Shown here: positions 39,149-52,746 of the stretch, piece by piece
How positions within the stretch are numbered: position 1 is the stretch's first letter
Layout: each line of letters opens with the position of its first letter
Source: Geosiphon pyriformis uo1
Taxonomy: Eukaryota > Fungi > Glomeromycota
Direction of reading: 5' to 3'
DNA length: 64,000 nt
NCBI GenBank assembly: GCA_016748015.1
Contig: JAAOMT010000566.1
Coordinates: 124,001 to 188,000 of the forward strand
The notes under the pieces: generated by a model
What the model was told of the DNA's origin: nothing
Database searches by the model: none
The model's input: only the letters and a program-made list of their open reading frames with translations
Program-made: the position numbers and the translations under genes

Positions 39149-41092
39149 ATAGAACTGGTGGGCTCTTTTGCTGGTGGCTCTGGGTCAATTTCGGCTGGTT
39201 TGGAGACCCGCTAAAGTGTGAAAAGCAAGCGTGTTGATATGGTGTACTCTCGAGATGCATCCTACAAGAAGCCAAAGAAGCCTGTTGCTGGTGTTGTGGT
39301 TGACTCGTCTGCTGGCCCTCTGGGCTTGGAAAATCTTGGTGGTGCTGGCGTCAAGTCTGGGATATCCTGGGGAAGCAAAGTTGGCAGTGTTACTAGTAGT
39401 GTAAGTGATCTCTCGGACATCGAAAATATGATGAACACAATTGCCGAGAAAACCAGTTGTGCGGAATCAGGTGAGGATGACAACATGGATAAGACAACAC
39501 TGAGAAAAACTCGCACTTAGATGTTTGTGCTGGGCAACCCTCTGAAGAGACCTTCATTTGAATGTATGAGTGATGACGATGTTGTGCTGGATCTTCCTCT
39601 TCATGTGGATATTGGGTCCAATCAGTTACCACCACTCGGATCATATGCTCTAGAAATATGGAACTTTAATATGACAAAATCCTTTGCACTTGATATTGAG
39701 CTTTCTGCAGTGCCTTGCAAGTTAGTTAGTGATAAATTAATTTCATTAAAAAAAATTTTTTATCATGTTGATGGTTTTGGGGGAGCCTCCACTCTCTCAA
39801 AATTTCCTGGTATCATTAGATCATCTTTTACATCAGAGTTTAGTTTGAATAAGGCTAAGGAAATGGCAATCTGTGAGAAAATTTTGGTTAATAATGATGT
39901 CAGAAAAGCAAACAGCCATTCAGATCGGGAGATGATCATCAAGAAAATCCCAATAGATCTTCCCAGATTGGTGGTAGAATCAGTTTTCTCTAAATTTGGC
40001 AAAATTGTATCTATTAAGATGCAGCTAATTGGTCTTTGGCAAAAGGCTCTTGTTGAGTTTGAGTTGTCTAAAGTTGCCAGTCAGGTTGCTTCTATGTGGT
40101 CTGTTTTTATGGGAAAGAATTCTGTGTATGTGGCTTTGGCAATTAATGATAAACAAATGTGAGTATCTAGGGATCAGCATCAGGCATTGCTATATACTTT
40201 TCCAGTGGGCACCACTGCCCATGATCTTTCCAATTTGTTGGTATTCTATGGTGGAAAGTCTTGTTTTATTGGCCACAATCCTAGTTTGTATGTTCGTGAT
40301 AGGTGTGCTGTAATTTGTTTTGGTGATAAGACATCCAAGTTGGCTGCTATTGGCACAATTCCAATTTTCAAGGGTGTAAGTTTGTATTGGGCTGGTCTCT
40401 CTCTGGCCTGTTGTAATCAGTGCAAACAATTTGGTCATATTTCTGTTAACTGTTCGATAGGTGGGAATTCTGGTGGTTGTGGGAGGCAGGTGGTTTCTGA
40501 TCAGAATCGGGTTCATCTGGCTGAAATATATAAGAAAAATATTGCTCCTATTGTGCAGCCAGTTTCATTTGGTGGCAAGATGTGAGCTCAGGTTGCCAGT
40601 AATTCTTCTTCTCATACAATTTTTTTGGATGTTTCTGGTAGTAGTTCATCCTCAGGTGTGAAACCTTTCTCAATGACCTCTGGGTCTTTTGATATTTCTG
40701 ATTTGAATGGTCGCATGGCATCCCTGGAATGCTCTTTGGAATTCTTAGCTAAACAGGTTTCTGGTATTGTGAAAAAATTGAGTTTTGTTGAGTTGGTGCC
40801 CTTGGCGCCTTTCTTTTGTGTTTCCCCTTTAGATGTTTCTGTGCCTGTGATTTTGGTTGTGGAATTGGATATGGCTCTGGATGGTGGATTGATTTTGTTT
40901 ACACCCTCTGTTTTTGGTGCTGATGTGCTTGATGCTGTTCTTAGTTCAAGTGGTTCAAAAATTCTTACCTCCAAAGTGGATGGTCTAGAATTTAAGATGT
41001 CTGCTCTAAAAGCTTTGATTGGTTCAGTTTTGGTGAGATTGAATCTCTTGTGTTCTAGTTCTGGTTCTCATATTCTTTCTTCATCCCAATGA
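39149..41092 (+). pseudogene. L3 ORF1 (RRM-like domains, CCHC knuckle)
   Basis: ORFs starting at 39218, 39521, 40187 and 40625 share a frame; VFSKFGKIVSIKM..KALVEF; CNQCKQFGHISVNC. Confidence 0.85.
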
Positions 41093-44000
41093 GCAACTTG
41101 GTTTGGAAATTTGCAACATGCAATGTTTGGGGTATTAACATTCCTGCAAAGCAGACAGACATTGTTCATTGGCATGTGAGTTTGGGGAATATGATTTCTT
41201 TTGTTACTGAAACAAAGTTGAAGTCTTTTGCTGGGCCATAGATTAAGGATAAATTTGATGGGATTCGGATTTTTACTTCTGGTTTGGATGTTGGTTATCT
41301 TGATGCCAGTGTTGCTGTGATCATAAACAATTCTTTGGCTCGTCATGTTTCTAAGGTTGAAGAGATCTCTGGTCGGGTTGTTTCTGTGCGACTTTTGTTC
41401 AAAGACAAGCTCTCAGTAACTGTGCTTGGTTTGTACGCTGGTGCTTTTCTTGGCACTTGTTTTGGTTAGGTGTCTGAGGTTAATTCTATTATTGCTAAGG
41501 CAGTTAATATTAGCACCTTTGTTGTGTTGGATGGGGATTTTAATGAAAGTGGGTCTGGAAGGAGTGCGAGTTTTAGGTTTTGCTTAGAGCTGGGTTTGGT
41601 CAATTCTTTTGCTGGCCATTATTTGGCTGGGACACCTACATGGTACAATTCAAGAAGAGTTGAAAAGACTATTGATTACATTTTTGTTAGTAAAAATCTG
41701 TCTTCTGCTGTCACTAAGCATTGGATTGGACCTGTTTCTGAATTTTTTGACATGAATCACAGTACTGTTATGGTATCGGTTGGCTTGGGTGGACTTTTGA
41801 ATGCTCAATTGAATGGCTTGCATAAGCAGGCTAACAAGGATTGTTGGAAGTTCAGAATTAGGGATGCGGATGGTGCCAAATGGATTAAGTTTAAGGATTG
41901 TGTTTTGGATAAACTTCTATTGGTCATGGACTTTTTCTCTAAGGCCGAAGCTGGTGGTGATTTAGATGCTATGTGGGTGATTTTGGAAAGAGAAATAGTT
42001 GAGTTGGCTGATGAGGTGTTTACAAGGCATTGGTTTAGTGAATTTCAGTGCTCTAGGAATAAACATTCTTCAAAGTTTTTTGGGCTTAAGCTGCTCATTG
42101 CCAAGATTGTTAGTAAGATTGGTTCTGGTAATATGCTTGGGGTAGATTGTCTTATAAGAAAATGGTTCACTTTGGACAAGGCCAAGGCTTGTGCTTTTTT
42201 TGACTTGGTCATCTTGGGTGGGAACAGTGTTGTTCTTCTCAAGCATTTGTCATCAGTTCACAAAAAATATAGAAGGTCAAAAATGTTTGAGTCGAGGTTG
42301 GCTGAGAAGACTTCTATCAGGAAGGCTATAGAAAAGCACATGGAAAGCTTTGCTTTTAATAAAGGTGGTATGATCCAGAGTGTTTTGAACTGACTTTTTT
42401 GTAAGGTGGTTCTTGATCATTTGGTGGTTAATGATAACTTGGTTTTAGAACCTGAAGAGATAAAGTCTAAGGTAGACAAAATCATGATGGAGTGGACAAG
42501 GGTTCGTGCTATACCTCAAACATTGTCTGAATGCTGAGTTCGCCAGTACATGCCATTGGATTATGTAAGGGACGATGCCTTCTCTGGTGTTATGAAAAAG
42601 ATAGATATGGAGAAGTTGCTTCTAGTGGTGGGTGGTCTGCCTAACAGTAAGGCTGCTGGCCTGTCTAGTATTCCCAATAAGCTGTAAAAACATGGTAGTA
42701 AAGTGGTTCTGAGCTGTCTATTGGTTTTGTTGAATGCTTGCTTGTCCATTGGCAGGGTATCTGTTTCTTGTAAAAAGGCCTGGGTGTCAATGATTCCTAA
42801 GCCATATGATTAGGATGGTGTTTTCACGAACACTCATCCTATTGCTCTGATTGAAACTGCCAGGAAGATTCTCTCTAAGGTTCTGTCCAATCGGATTTTT
42901 TTCGTATGTAGTAAGTTTAATGTTCTCTGTGGTGACAATTTTTCAGTGTTAAAGGGCACATCTATGCAATCTCTGGTGTTTGCTGTTGGGGTGGTTGTGG
43001 AAGATGCTTTCGAAAAGAATAGAGAACTTTGGCTGGTCCTGCAGGACATGTGAAAAGCATACAATTCTGTTGGGTGGTGTCATTTGGAGGCTAGTTTGTG
43101 GAGAATTAAGATGTGCAACAAATTCATCAGATTTTTTGGTAGTATACATAAGAGTAGATTCAACAGGGTGATGACTGATTTTGGTCTCTCTGATGGGTAT
43201 TATGTTTGTGATGGTTTGAATCAGAGTGAAGTTTTCTCACCCTTTTTGTGGAGGATTTTTTATGATCCACTTCTGTGTGAGGTTAAAAAACATGAACAAA
43301 TTTTTGGGTATCGGATAAGTTCCAAGTTTGTTTTGAAATCAGGTTGAATTGAGGGCAGTGGCGGGTTGTCTTCCTATTTCACAGCTGGTGTTTTTGTTGA
43401 TAATACAATTTGGGTTGGAAACTGTCAAGCTGCTACTCAGAATATTTTGGACATTGCAAGTGAGTTTTTTGTTGTCAATGACATCTCCATCAACAATGAG
43501 AAGACTGTGACCATTCCAATCAATCAAGATGTTAAAATTGCTTCTTTGAATATTAGTGGTCTGCTTATTTCAATAGCTAAAAAGGGTGAGACTCATTGTT
43601 ACCTGGGTATTTTTTTGTCTACTGAGGGGCTTTCAAAGCTGAATGTGGCCAAGGTGCATTCTGATGTTCGTTTCTTTACTAATGTGGTTCTTAAGAAGAC
43701 TATTACTGATAAACAGTTCTTGTATCTGGTGTTGGCTATCTTGTAGTCTATTGTTAACTATTGCATTCAGTTTAGCTTTGTTTCGTTGAACGTATATAAC
43801 AAATGGGATGTGATGTTGAGGAAGGGCCTCAAGTCTAAGGCTGGTTTGTCCTGTGATTTTCCCAGTGAGGCTCTGTGTCATCCATCTTTATATGATCTGA
43901 AGTCTTTTGAGCAGATGCAGTCTGAGGGGAAGTTGGCTGCTTTGATTTCATTTTCCAACTCTTTTGGTGTTTTTGAATATATGTTTGAGCACAGATTTCT

Positions 44001-45780
44001 CAATTTGCAGGTTCTGAGATGGTCTCCTTTGAATCCTTTACAGTTTTCTGTTAGGTTGTGTGTTAGCCCTATAAACAATTTTCTGGTAGGCATGGTTAAG
44101 ATTTTTCTGTGCAATGAGCTGTCTCTGTCGAATAGCTTACCCAACGCTTTCCGTAATCCTGGTAGTTTTCTTGTGTTCTTTATCTTGGGGAGTTCTTTGT
44201 ATTTCAATTCTGTTTATTCATTGAAGTGATTTGGTGTGGCATTTGGTGATAGATTGTTTGACAAGAAGGGATGTATTATGAGTTGGACAACTTTCCGATG
44301 TTGGAAGAGGCTGGGTCCGAGGGGTCCTGTTCTTTACTGGTTTATGGTTGTGTCTGATTTTTTTTGCAGTACTGGTATCTCGTTGGCCAGTTTTGTGGAG
44401 TCTACTTGTCTTTTTGGAGTGAGCATTTTGGATTCCGAGGAGTTTTCTGCAATTGTTAGTAGGTTGCATAAGGTCTGGTCTAATTCATTTGAGGTTTTTA
44501 TGGATGGCTCGTTAAAAAATTTTGGTGGGGCTGATGTTGTCAGTGGTGCAATGGCCTTCTTTTCTGCTATTGATATGAGTATTGGCATTAAGATTCATGG
44601 GCTGTTGTCTTCTACTATGGCCGAGCTGCAAGCCATTACTTTGTCTCTGGAGTGTGTTTCATCTTCTTGTACTGTGGTCGTGCATACTGACAGCCAAGTG
44701 GCTATTGATGCATGTATTTCTGAGATGTCATTGTCTGTGCCTGATTTCTGCTCCTCTTGTTGGTTAAAGAGACACCAGATTTTTGATTTGGTTCATGAAA
44801 AAGATCTTTTTGTACATTGGGTTAAGGTTAAAGGGCATTCTGGAGTTGTTGGTAATATTAAGGCTGATACTGCTGCTGAGGATGCTGTTTTTTCTCATTT
44901 ATCTTTGTCTGTTGGTGTCTGGAAGCGCTTTTTGGTTGCTGAGAATACACCAGTCTCTGACAATACTCATTATTTTGTTCAGGATTTGTATAGATCTGTT
45001 TGCCATACACGATGGGAGGCAAGATCTGGCCGGAATGTGATTCCTGATGTGCTGATTGAGGCCATGGATTGGGATGCTACTGTTAGGGTGTAACATCCCG
45101 ATTCACATATGCTTGCTGATTTTACTAGTCGGAGATCTTCTTGTCTTTGCACATATCTGATGAAGGCTGTCTACTGACAGCTTTCTGTGGTGGTTAGAAA
45201 ATGGTTGTATGATAAATTGTATCCTGGTGTGCTGTGCTTACTATGTCATGAAGTGGAATTACTAGACCATGTTTTCACATGTTCTCATAATGTGGAGGTT
45301 TACAAGGAGGTTTTGGTCACAGCGTCTTTAGACTGGCTATCTGTGGTCAGTCCTCATGGCTCGTCATCCTCTGCTGTTTTGCAATCTCTTGGTTGGTGTT
45401 CTTTGGATGTTAATTTGTATTCAGTTCTGTGTAAAAAATTTGTGCTGAGAGAGTGGTGTATGGAAGCAGTGAAGATTTTTGATGGTAGAAAGGAGGCTAT
45501 TAGTGCTGTGGTTGGTTTTGTTGGGCATTTGGTTGAGCTATATTGTTCTAAAGCCTGGTTGGCAAGATCAGCGTTTAAAGTGAGAATAAAGAAAGCTGGT
45601 CTGGTTGGGGATGACAGTTTGTTTTCTGGTTTGTCTCGTTGCTTGGGTTCTTTGTTGCCTAATAAAGTGGTAAGGATGCTTGGCATTGCTGGCTCTTTTG
45701 CTATTAATTTCAGTCATTGCAGGTCATATCTTTTCTTCTCTGGTCTGGATGGTAATCCGAGTGTTAATATCAGTATGTAG
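41089..45780 (+). pseudogene. L3 ORF2 (APE endonuclease, RT, RNase H, CCHC)
   Basis: ATCNV..TETK, GDFN, IDYIFVS (APE); LQDM*KAYNSV, FVDNT (RT); FMDGS..AELQA..TDSQ..VKGHSG (RNase H); CLLCHEVELLDHVFTC. Confidence 0.95.
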
Positions 45781-45915
45781 TGTTGTCTTCTCTGGCCTAA
45801 GTGGCTAGCCACATGTAGAAAGTGTGTGAACTGCATTTAGTTTGAGTCTCTTAGTTTGGTTCTATGTACTAGATAGTGGTTGGACTACGCTCATTAAATA
45901 TTCTTAATAAAAAAA

Positions 45916-48900
45916 AACAAGTAAGATCCAAACACTACTTAGTGCTATACATTAAAAAAATAATCTAAACTAGACATAAATTATGCACTTTTTATACATA
46001 ACCAGCCACTCAGGCCAATCAGAACAATACTACGCAGCTATATAAACTGAGACTGAGTTACTTATACCTAAAAAAAATAAACAAGATTTGCAGAATTCAA
46101 AATGAACTCCAAAAGCTTTGGTAATATCAAGCAATTTGATCACACCAACAAAAAACTCTGATGTCAAACCAAAAATTGACATGAAAACCAAACCATTCAA
46201 CAAAATCAATCCAGCTTTCTTTATATAGACATGATGTTTAGCATGAACCACCCAAACATTATTCCTAAAGGTGAGACCAAGAAAGTACACAAATTTGACA
46301 ATCTCTAAACTGGCAACTTTAGAATCACAGAAGACGGAAACAGCCTTGTGAAACCAATTATTAAAAATAAAACTCTTATAAAAAGCCATAAATATGGAGG
46401 AATTAGAAACACAAGATAACAACAGCTGCAGCACACTTGAAGAGAAGTGAGAGAAACCAGAAAGAGTCTTTCATGAAGCCACATGGGAGTCCAATATTCA
46501 ATGCCTAATAGAATTGTCAATCTCACAAAGAAACATATGATCTAACACTTCCATATTGCCACAATACAAACACAACACACTAGGATAATGTTTGTCATAA
46601 AGGCATTTTTGAATGGCAATAGGCAGCTGATAATGCAAGGCTTTCATAAAATAAATGCACACACTAGCTGAAGATTTGCTGGTAAAACCAGCAGCCATAT
46701 GCAAATCAAGATGTCACACCAGTAATAAGCAGAGCCAATCAAAGTAAGTATATTTAGATTCGGTTATTTGGTTCATATTCTTATAAAGCAAATTACCTGT
46801 CAAAAACTTGGAACCAAAACCAACTTCCCAGTATATATAACAAATGGAACAATAAACATCACATACAAAATATCCAAAATTGCCAGAAACAACACTACTA
46901 TTAACCACTATAAAGCATTTATCCAAGTGAAAAGGAAGATGCCAACCAGAGAGAAAGGCAGCACCAGCAATTATATCAGCATGCTCATTCCCTAAAATGC
47001 CAAAGTGACTCTTTATCTTGTGTCAACTAACTCTTAAATTCTTACTATAAATGATATTAACAATATGCTAATGCTCAACCCAATACTGATTGTGAAAGTC
47101 TGAATACATCAGACTCAATTTTGACTTACAATCATCTAAAGCAGATTGACTATTTGAAAACAAGCAAACAGAGCTAGATAAAAGAACACACTTCAGAGCC
47201 AATAAAATAGTCTGTAATTCTGCCATAATTAATGACATCATACTTGATACACCAATGTCCAAACCCAAATTAATGTCCTCAAAAAAAGTAGCAATGCCAG
47301 CTTTATAGCCAATTGTGCCCAAATCCTTCAAAAATCTATCCATATATATAGATAAACTACCAAAACCAACTCAAGAGAAATGATTACAAACAGATGCAAA
47401 ATTACCAGAGTTAAGAATATTCAAAGAATCAACTCCACTTGAAACCAAAGAATGAGCAGAAAAAAAAGCCACACCATTGACAAACATTGTAGAAATATTG
47501 AACTACTTGGAAACAGGGCCACAAGAATCCAGTCTTTTTTACTGTCTAAAAGTATATCAATCAAAAACAGCACCATGATTATTACAAAGTTGATTTACAA
47601 AAGCTATATTATACTGACAGAGAGAAGGGAGAAACTTGAGAAATCTTAACTCACCTAGAACAGCAGACATAGGAATCCCACTGTGACACTAAAAGGAACT
47701 GGCCAAAGAGCCACCTAAGGACAAATTGCAATCAAAAAAAATACAAACTATGTCTGCCAGAAAGTTATTAAAAGCACTAACATAAATACAAACAGAAGAA
47801 CTTAATGGATGAACAGGACACCAACACAAAACTTATAAGTCATGAGACCTGTGAGAAAACAAGTGACCCAAGACACTATCAGAGTTCACAAAATTAACAA
47901 GAGAAGCAATCTTACTCTCAGACTAAACTTGTAAAAAAGATTTCAAACCATAAAAGGAAAAGTAATGAATTGTATCACTAGAAAAGTCAAGTAGTAGACC
48001 AGATTTAAGTTTCAAACTCTTACAAATTAGAGCATTCCACTTGTTGTACACACTAACAGAAACAAAGCTGAACTGTGTTCTATAACTGACTATAGGATAG
48101 AGAACTGCTAACACCAAATACAAGAGCTATTTATTCAAGATAGCCTTTCTTAGAACCAGATTGGTAAAAAAATAAACATCTGAATTTGCCTTAGCCAAAC
48201 TAGGCTTTCAGAGATCTTCAGTTGAAAGAAAAATACTCAAATACTAATAAAATTCACCCTTTTTGGCAATAAAAATTGGTGAGCCACTGATAGAAAGAGA
48301 AGGATTGCTGACCTTGCTATTGATAGAAATAGCCATTGTCTTGTTATTATTGATTAAAATGTTATTGATCTAAAAAAATTCACCAGCAACATTGAGAATA
48401 TGTTGGATAGCACTCTGACTGCTACCAACCCAAATTGTATCATCGACAAAAGTACTAATAGCAAAAAAGGAAGAAAGTCCAGCCTGAGATTCAGCACAAC
48501 CACTTCTAGAAATAAAATAAGAATTCAACCTATACTTATATACACTTTTCTAACACTTGACTTTACACAATAGAGGATCATAAAATATGTGCCACAGAAG
48601 AAAAAAAAATATCTTTTCTTGGTCCAGACCATTATGCACATGATAACTACTCATTAAACCAAAATCTGTCATAACTTAGTTGGTGTGATTTCTATGAATA
48701 CTACCAAAAAATCAAATAAACTTGCTGCACATTTTAATCCTGACCAAATACTTCTCAAAATGCTCTCAGCCAACTGAATTGTATGCTTTTCTCATGTCTT
48801 GCAAAACTAGCCAAAGCTCCCAGTTCTTCTCCAAAGCATTCTCAATAACTGAACCAATTGTGAAAATAAAAAACTGAGTTGTCATACCCTTCAAAACCAA

Positions 48901-51900
48901 AAAATTGTCTTTACATAAGACATCAAAAGTGCTGCATGTCAAAGAAATCCTGTCTAAAAAAATCTTGGAAAGGATTTTGTAGACAGTCTCAATAAAAGCA
49001 ATAGGTTGGATGTTTATAAGAACTCCTTCCCACTCATATGATTTTGGAATTATCAAGACTCAAGCTTCCTTCCAAGCACTAAATACTGACTTACAAGACA
49101 AACAAAAGTTCAAAAGCACCAAAAGCATATACAAGACCAATCTGTTGTAATGTTTTTATAGCTTATTTGACACCCTAGAAAGACCAGCAACTTTGCCATT
49201 AAACAGATTAGAAACCACTCTGAGTAACTTATCAAGACTAACTGAACACATTACATTTAAAAAAACATTATTAAAAATATACTTTAGAGGCCAATATTGA
49301 TGAGACCAATCATCAAAAAAATTCTTCACCATATTATGATTCCTGGTCTAGTCCTCCATAATAACATTAATCTTGGCCTTAACTAGATCAGATTCCAGAA
49401 TCAGTTCATCTTTAACTACCAGATGGTCCAAAACCATCTTTTAAAAAAAACATTCTAGCATGTTCCTAATTGTATAATCTTTATCAACTGCAAAATTTTT
49501 TATCTGTCTATCAATAGCTGATCTTATACTTAACTTCTTAGCTTACAAAGACTCAGCAAGCTTAAAAGCATAATATAACTTTCATGTACTGAAAAGAGCC
49601 AAGTACACATGATCAAAACCCACACCAGAGTTTACAATATCTTGTACAATCAAAGCCTTAACATTGTCCAAAGAATCCCAGTATTTCATAAGAAAAGCAA
49701 ACCTATTAACATCTTCCTCACAAAAAGCCTTAACAATTTTCAAGACCAAAAGCTCCAGCTTATAAAATCTAGAAGATTCCTTGGTAAAAATACTATTGAA
49801 ACTTTTAAATCAATTCTTCCTAAATATCTTATTAACTAATAGCATCATAATCTTGTAAACTATATTTCATATTGCATCTAAATCCGAGAATTGCATGGAA
49901 GTGAAAAAATTATCAGAGAACATGGTAGTATTGGCTGCCATAGCATCTTTAAACTTGTCTCACTTTGTATCATTAGCACTTTTAAAATCAAACTTTCAGT
50001 AATTCTTATTTGTCTGCCTGCAAAAAGAGTTTAACTAAGTATTCAGCAAACTGCCCAGACTGACTGACACAGAAACAGCTTGATCATTAATGTTAAAGTA
50101 ATCACTAATATCTATAACATCACAATCTATTATTGCACTAACTAAATTTGACAAAACCAACACATAATCAATTGTTTTTTCCACACCCCTTGAATTTTTT
50201 TACATAGGACTTTTCATGACCAAACTATTTATCAAAGAATTAACCAGCTTCAAACTGATATACTTTTTAAAACTAGCACTTTTTTGCAAACCATTTTTAT
50301 TGAAATCATTACCAAAGATAACAAAAGAAGAATTGTTAACAGTCTTTACAATAAAAGAGTTAATTTTTTCAGCCTATAAAAACCAAACCACAGACAAAGC
50401 ACCAGCATACAGCCCCAAAACTAACACAGAAAGTTTATTTTTGAAAAGCAATCTAATGGATAGGAACAGACCAGGCACCTCAGAAATCTTGTACACATGT
50501 TTTGCCAAAAAAGAGTCCATGATGACCACAACATTGGCACCCAAATATCCAGAATTCAAACCAAAAGTAAATACACAGACATCTTCAAACTTGCCAGCAA
50601 TCTATGAATGGACTTTATTCTTCAATTTAGTCTTAATAATGATCAAAATCAAGTTGTCCATATCCTTATACTAACAAATAACATCTTCTTGCTTGGCAGG
50701 AACATTGATGCCTCAAACATTGCATGTAGCTATCTTCCAGATCAAACCACTTATTGGGATGAAAAAGATAACAAAAGACTCAAACCAGCACACAAATAAT
50801 CTAACTTTGCCAAAACTGAACCAACAGAAGCCTCAAAAGCCACCAACTTAGATTCCAAACTGCCAACCTTGGTCATCAAAACTTTTGAACTATTCAAACC
50901 CAAAGTTGAAATGTTAAGGGAAGCAGAAAAGGAGAGTAAAAGTACCAACTCAGGACTGTTTACAATCATATTTAAAGCCAAATCCTCTTTGGCAGCAACT
51001 ATGGTAGTCAAGACTTTAAAGGAGGGAGATGGAACTTATAGTACCAATTCCATGTTGCTAAACTTGTACACAATACCAGAAACTTGGTCGATTAATAGCT
51101 CCAAGAATTGTTCCAAAGAAGCCAAATAAGCATTCAAAGATGAGGTGTCAGCTGAAACAAGAAGGGACCACTATTTAAATCTGAGGTGCCAGAAAAAAGG
51201 AAACCAGAACCAGAAGTAAAGCAAAGACTATTAGAAGAACCAGCAAGTGAGACCACTTAGGCCCAAAATTTGCCACCAAAAGCAGCAGAGCAAGATATTG
51301 AAACACTTTTTTTCTCATACAACTTTGCCAACTGAAGATGACATTTATCAGATACAACCTTTTTAAATGTTTTTGAAGACTTAGAAGTAGATGCAACTGG
51401 TACATCACATTTCAAAACAGAATGACCAAATCTCCCATATTTCTCACACCAAACCAGATCTATCTTTGTCCAAGAAAGTTTAACACTGCCAAGAATTAGC
51501 TCTGTGTGAAAAACAAATTCCAGATTATTATTAGAGTCAAAACCAACTACAGCACAGTAAATTCTATTACCAGTTTCTATAGATCTGTTTATAATACAAG
51601 TTTTCTCACCAGCCCCTTCCAAAAAAGTTCCAAGATTATGTGCTATTGTACCCATTGACAAAGTAAACAAAAGTGCCCTAAACCAATCCCTAAATGTCCA
51701 AATTTCATGATCTCTTACAGTTTTGGCTACACACACAAAATCTTTCCCAATTAGGAATGACTATTTTAAGGCCAACAAATTAGCTTGATCTAATTCAGCA
51801 AACTTCACTACAGTCTTTTGTCACATTCCAACTAATTGAATTTTAATCAACTTAATTTCTTCAAATTTAGATACTGTGGTAACAATTATGTCTTTAGATG

Positions 51901-52746
51901 TATTCATGTGAATTTTTTTAATTACCACAGTCCAATTTGACTTCATTCCTTGTCTCTTAAAATTACTGTTTACATTAATCCCTTTTTCTCTGGCCAATGA
52001 TGTGGCCATTTCTATGCTCTTCTCTGAAGTGAAAGTAGATCTAATGATTTCCTCAAATTTTGAGAGGGTAGTGGCCCCCCCAAAACTATTGATTAATGAA
52101 AAATTTTTTCTAATTAACTGAGTTTTTGCTGTTGCTAATTTCCCTTCTACAGCTAAGAGATTAATATCTAAAGCAAATAACTTTTTAACTGATACTTCCA
52201 TAGGAGTTTTAATGATTTTTGGATTAATCCACTTTTTGTCAAGAGAGATAGGCAAGCAAAAAGGAAGAACAATTTTATCATTATCCATATGAAAATTAGA
52301 AGAACTAAGTAGAGAACCAAAAACAGCACCAGTGTTAACTTACTTTATCTTGGGTGTGGTAGCAGCTGAGCCCAAAAGAGATCCACTATTCACACCAGAC
52401 ATGCTAACATCCTCATTATTACCAGATAAACTTTTCACATCACAATATACATTATCGCCAGGCCCAGATTTACTTAAAAATATATATCTTTCATTATCAG
52501 AGTGTTTAATATTACCAAAGACAATTTTTTTTTTCTAAGAAAAGAAACCACCAGCAGGATCATAAAAAGCACTCTTAGATGCCTTCTTTTTAGACATAAT
52601 ACTACTTGTAATAGTCTTCATATTCATGAAAAATGGGTTATTATTAAGTAAAGAAATATTAAAATAAACTAAAAAACAAAAAAACTTCTTTTTATAAAAA
52701 ATGCACTTTTTGAAAATTTTTGGAAGAAAGAAAGAAGTTTTTTTTT
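45916..52746 (-). mobile_element. LINE L4, full-length (its extreme 3' tail lies at ~38965-38995)
   Basis: ORF2 relic 46030-50754 (WLVLQDMRKAYNSVG, FVDDT, CLYCGNMEVLDHMFLC); ORF1 relic 50751-52597. Confidence 0.92.

Larger units (their letters stand above)
38996..45915 (+). mobile_element. LINE L3, full-length and least decayed; inserted in the 3' end of L4
   Basis: TSD AACAAGTAAG at 38986-38995 and 45916-45925; A tail at ~45909-45915; both ORFs keep one frame each. Confidence 0.95.

Noticed and set aside
45793-45806. tRNA A-box-like TGGCCTRAGTGG in LINE 3' UTRs
   Set aside because: No B box or cloverleaf; treated as part of the 3' UTR hairpin
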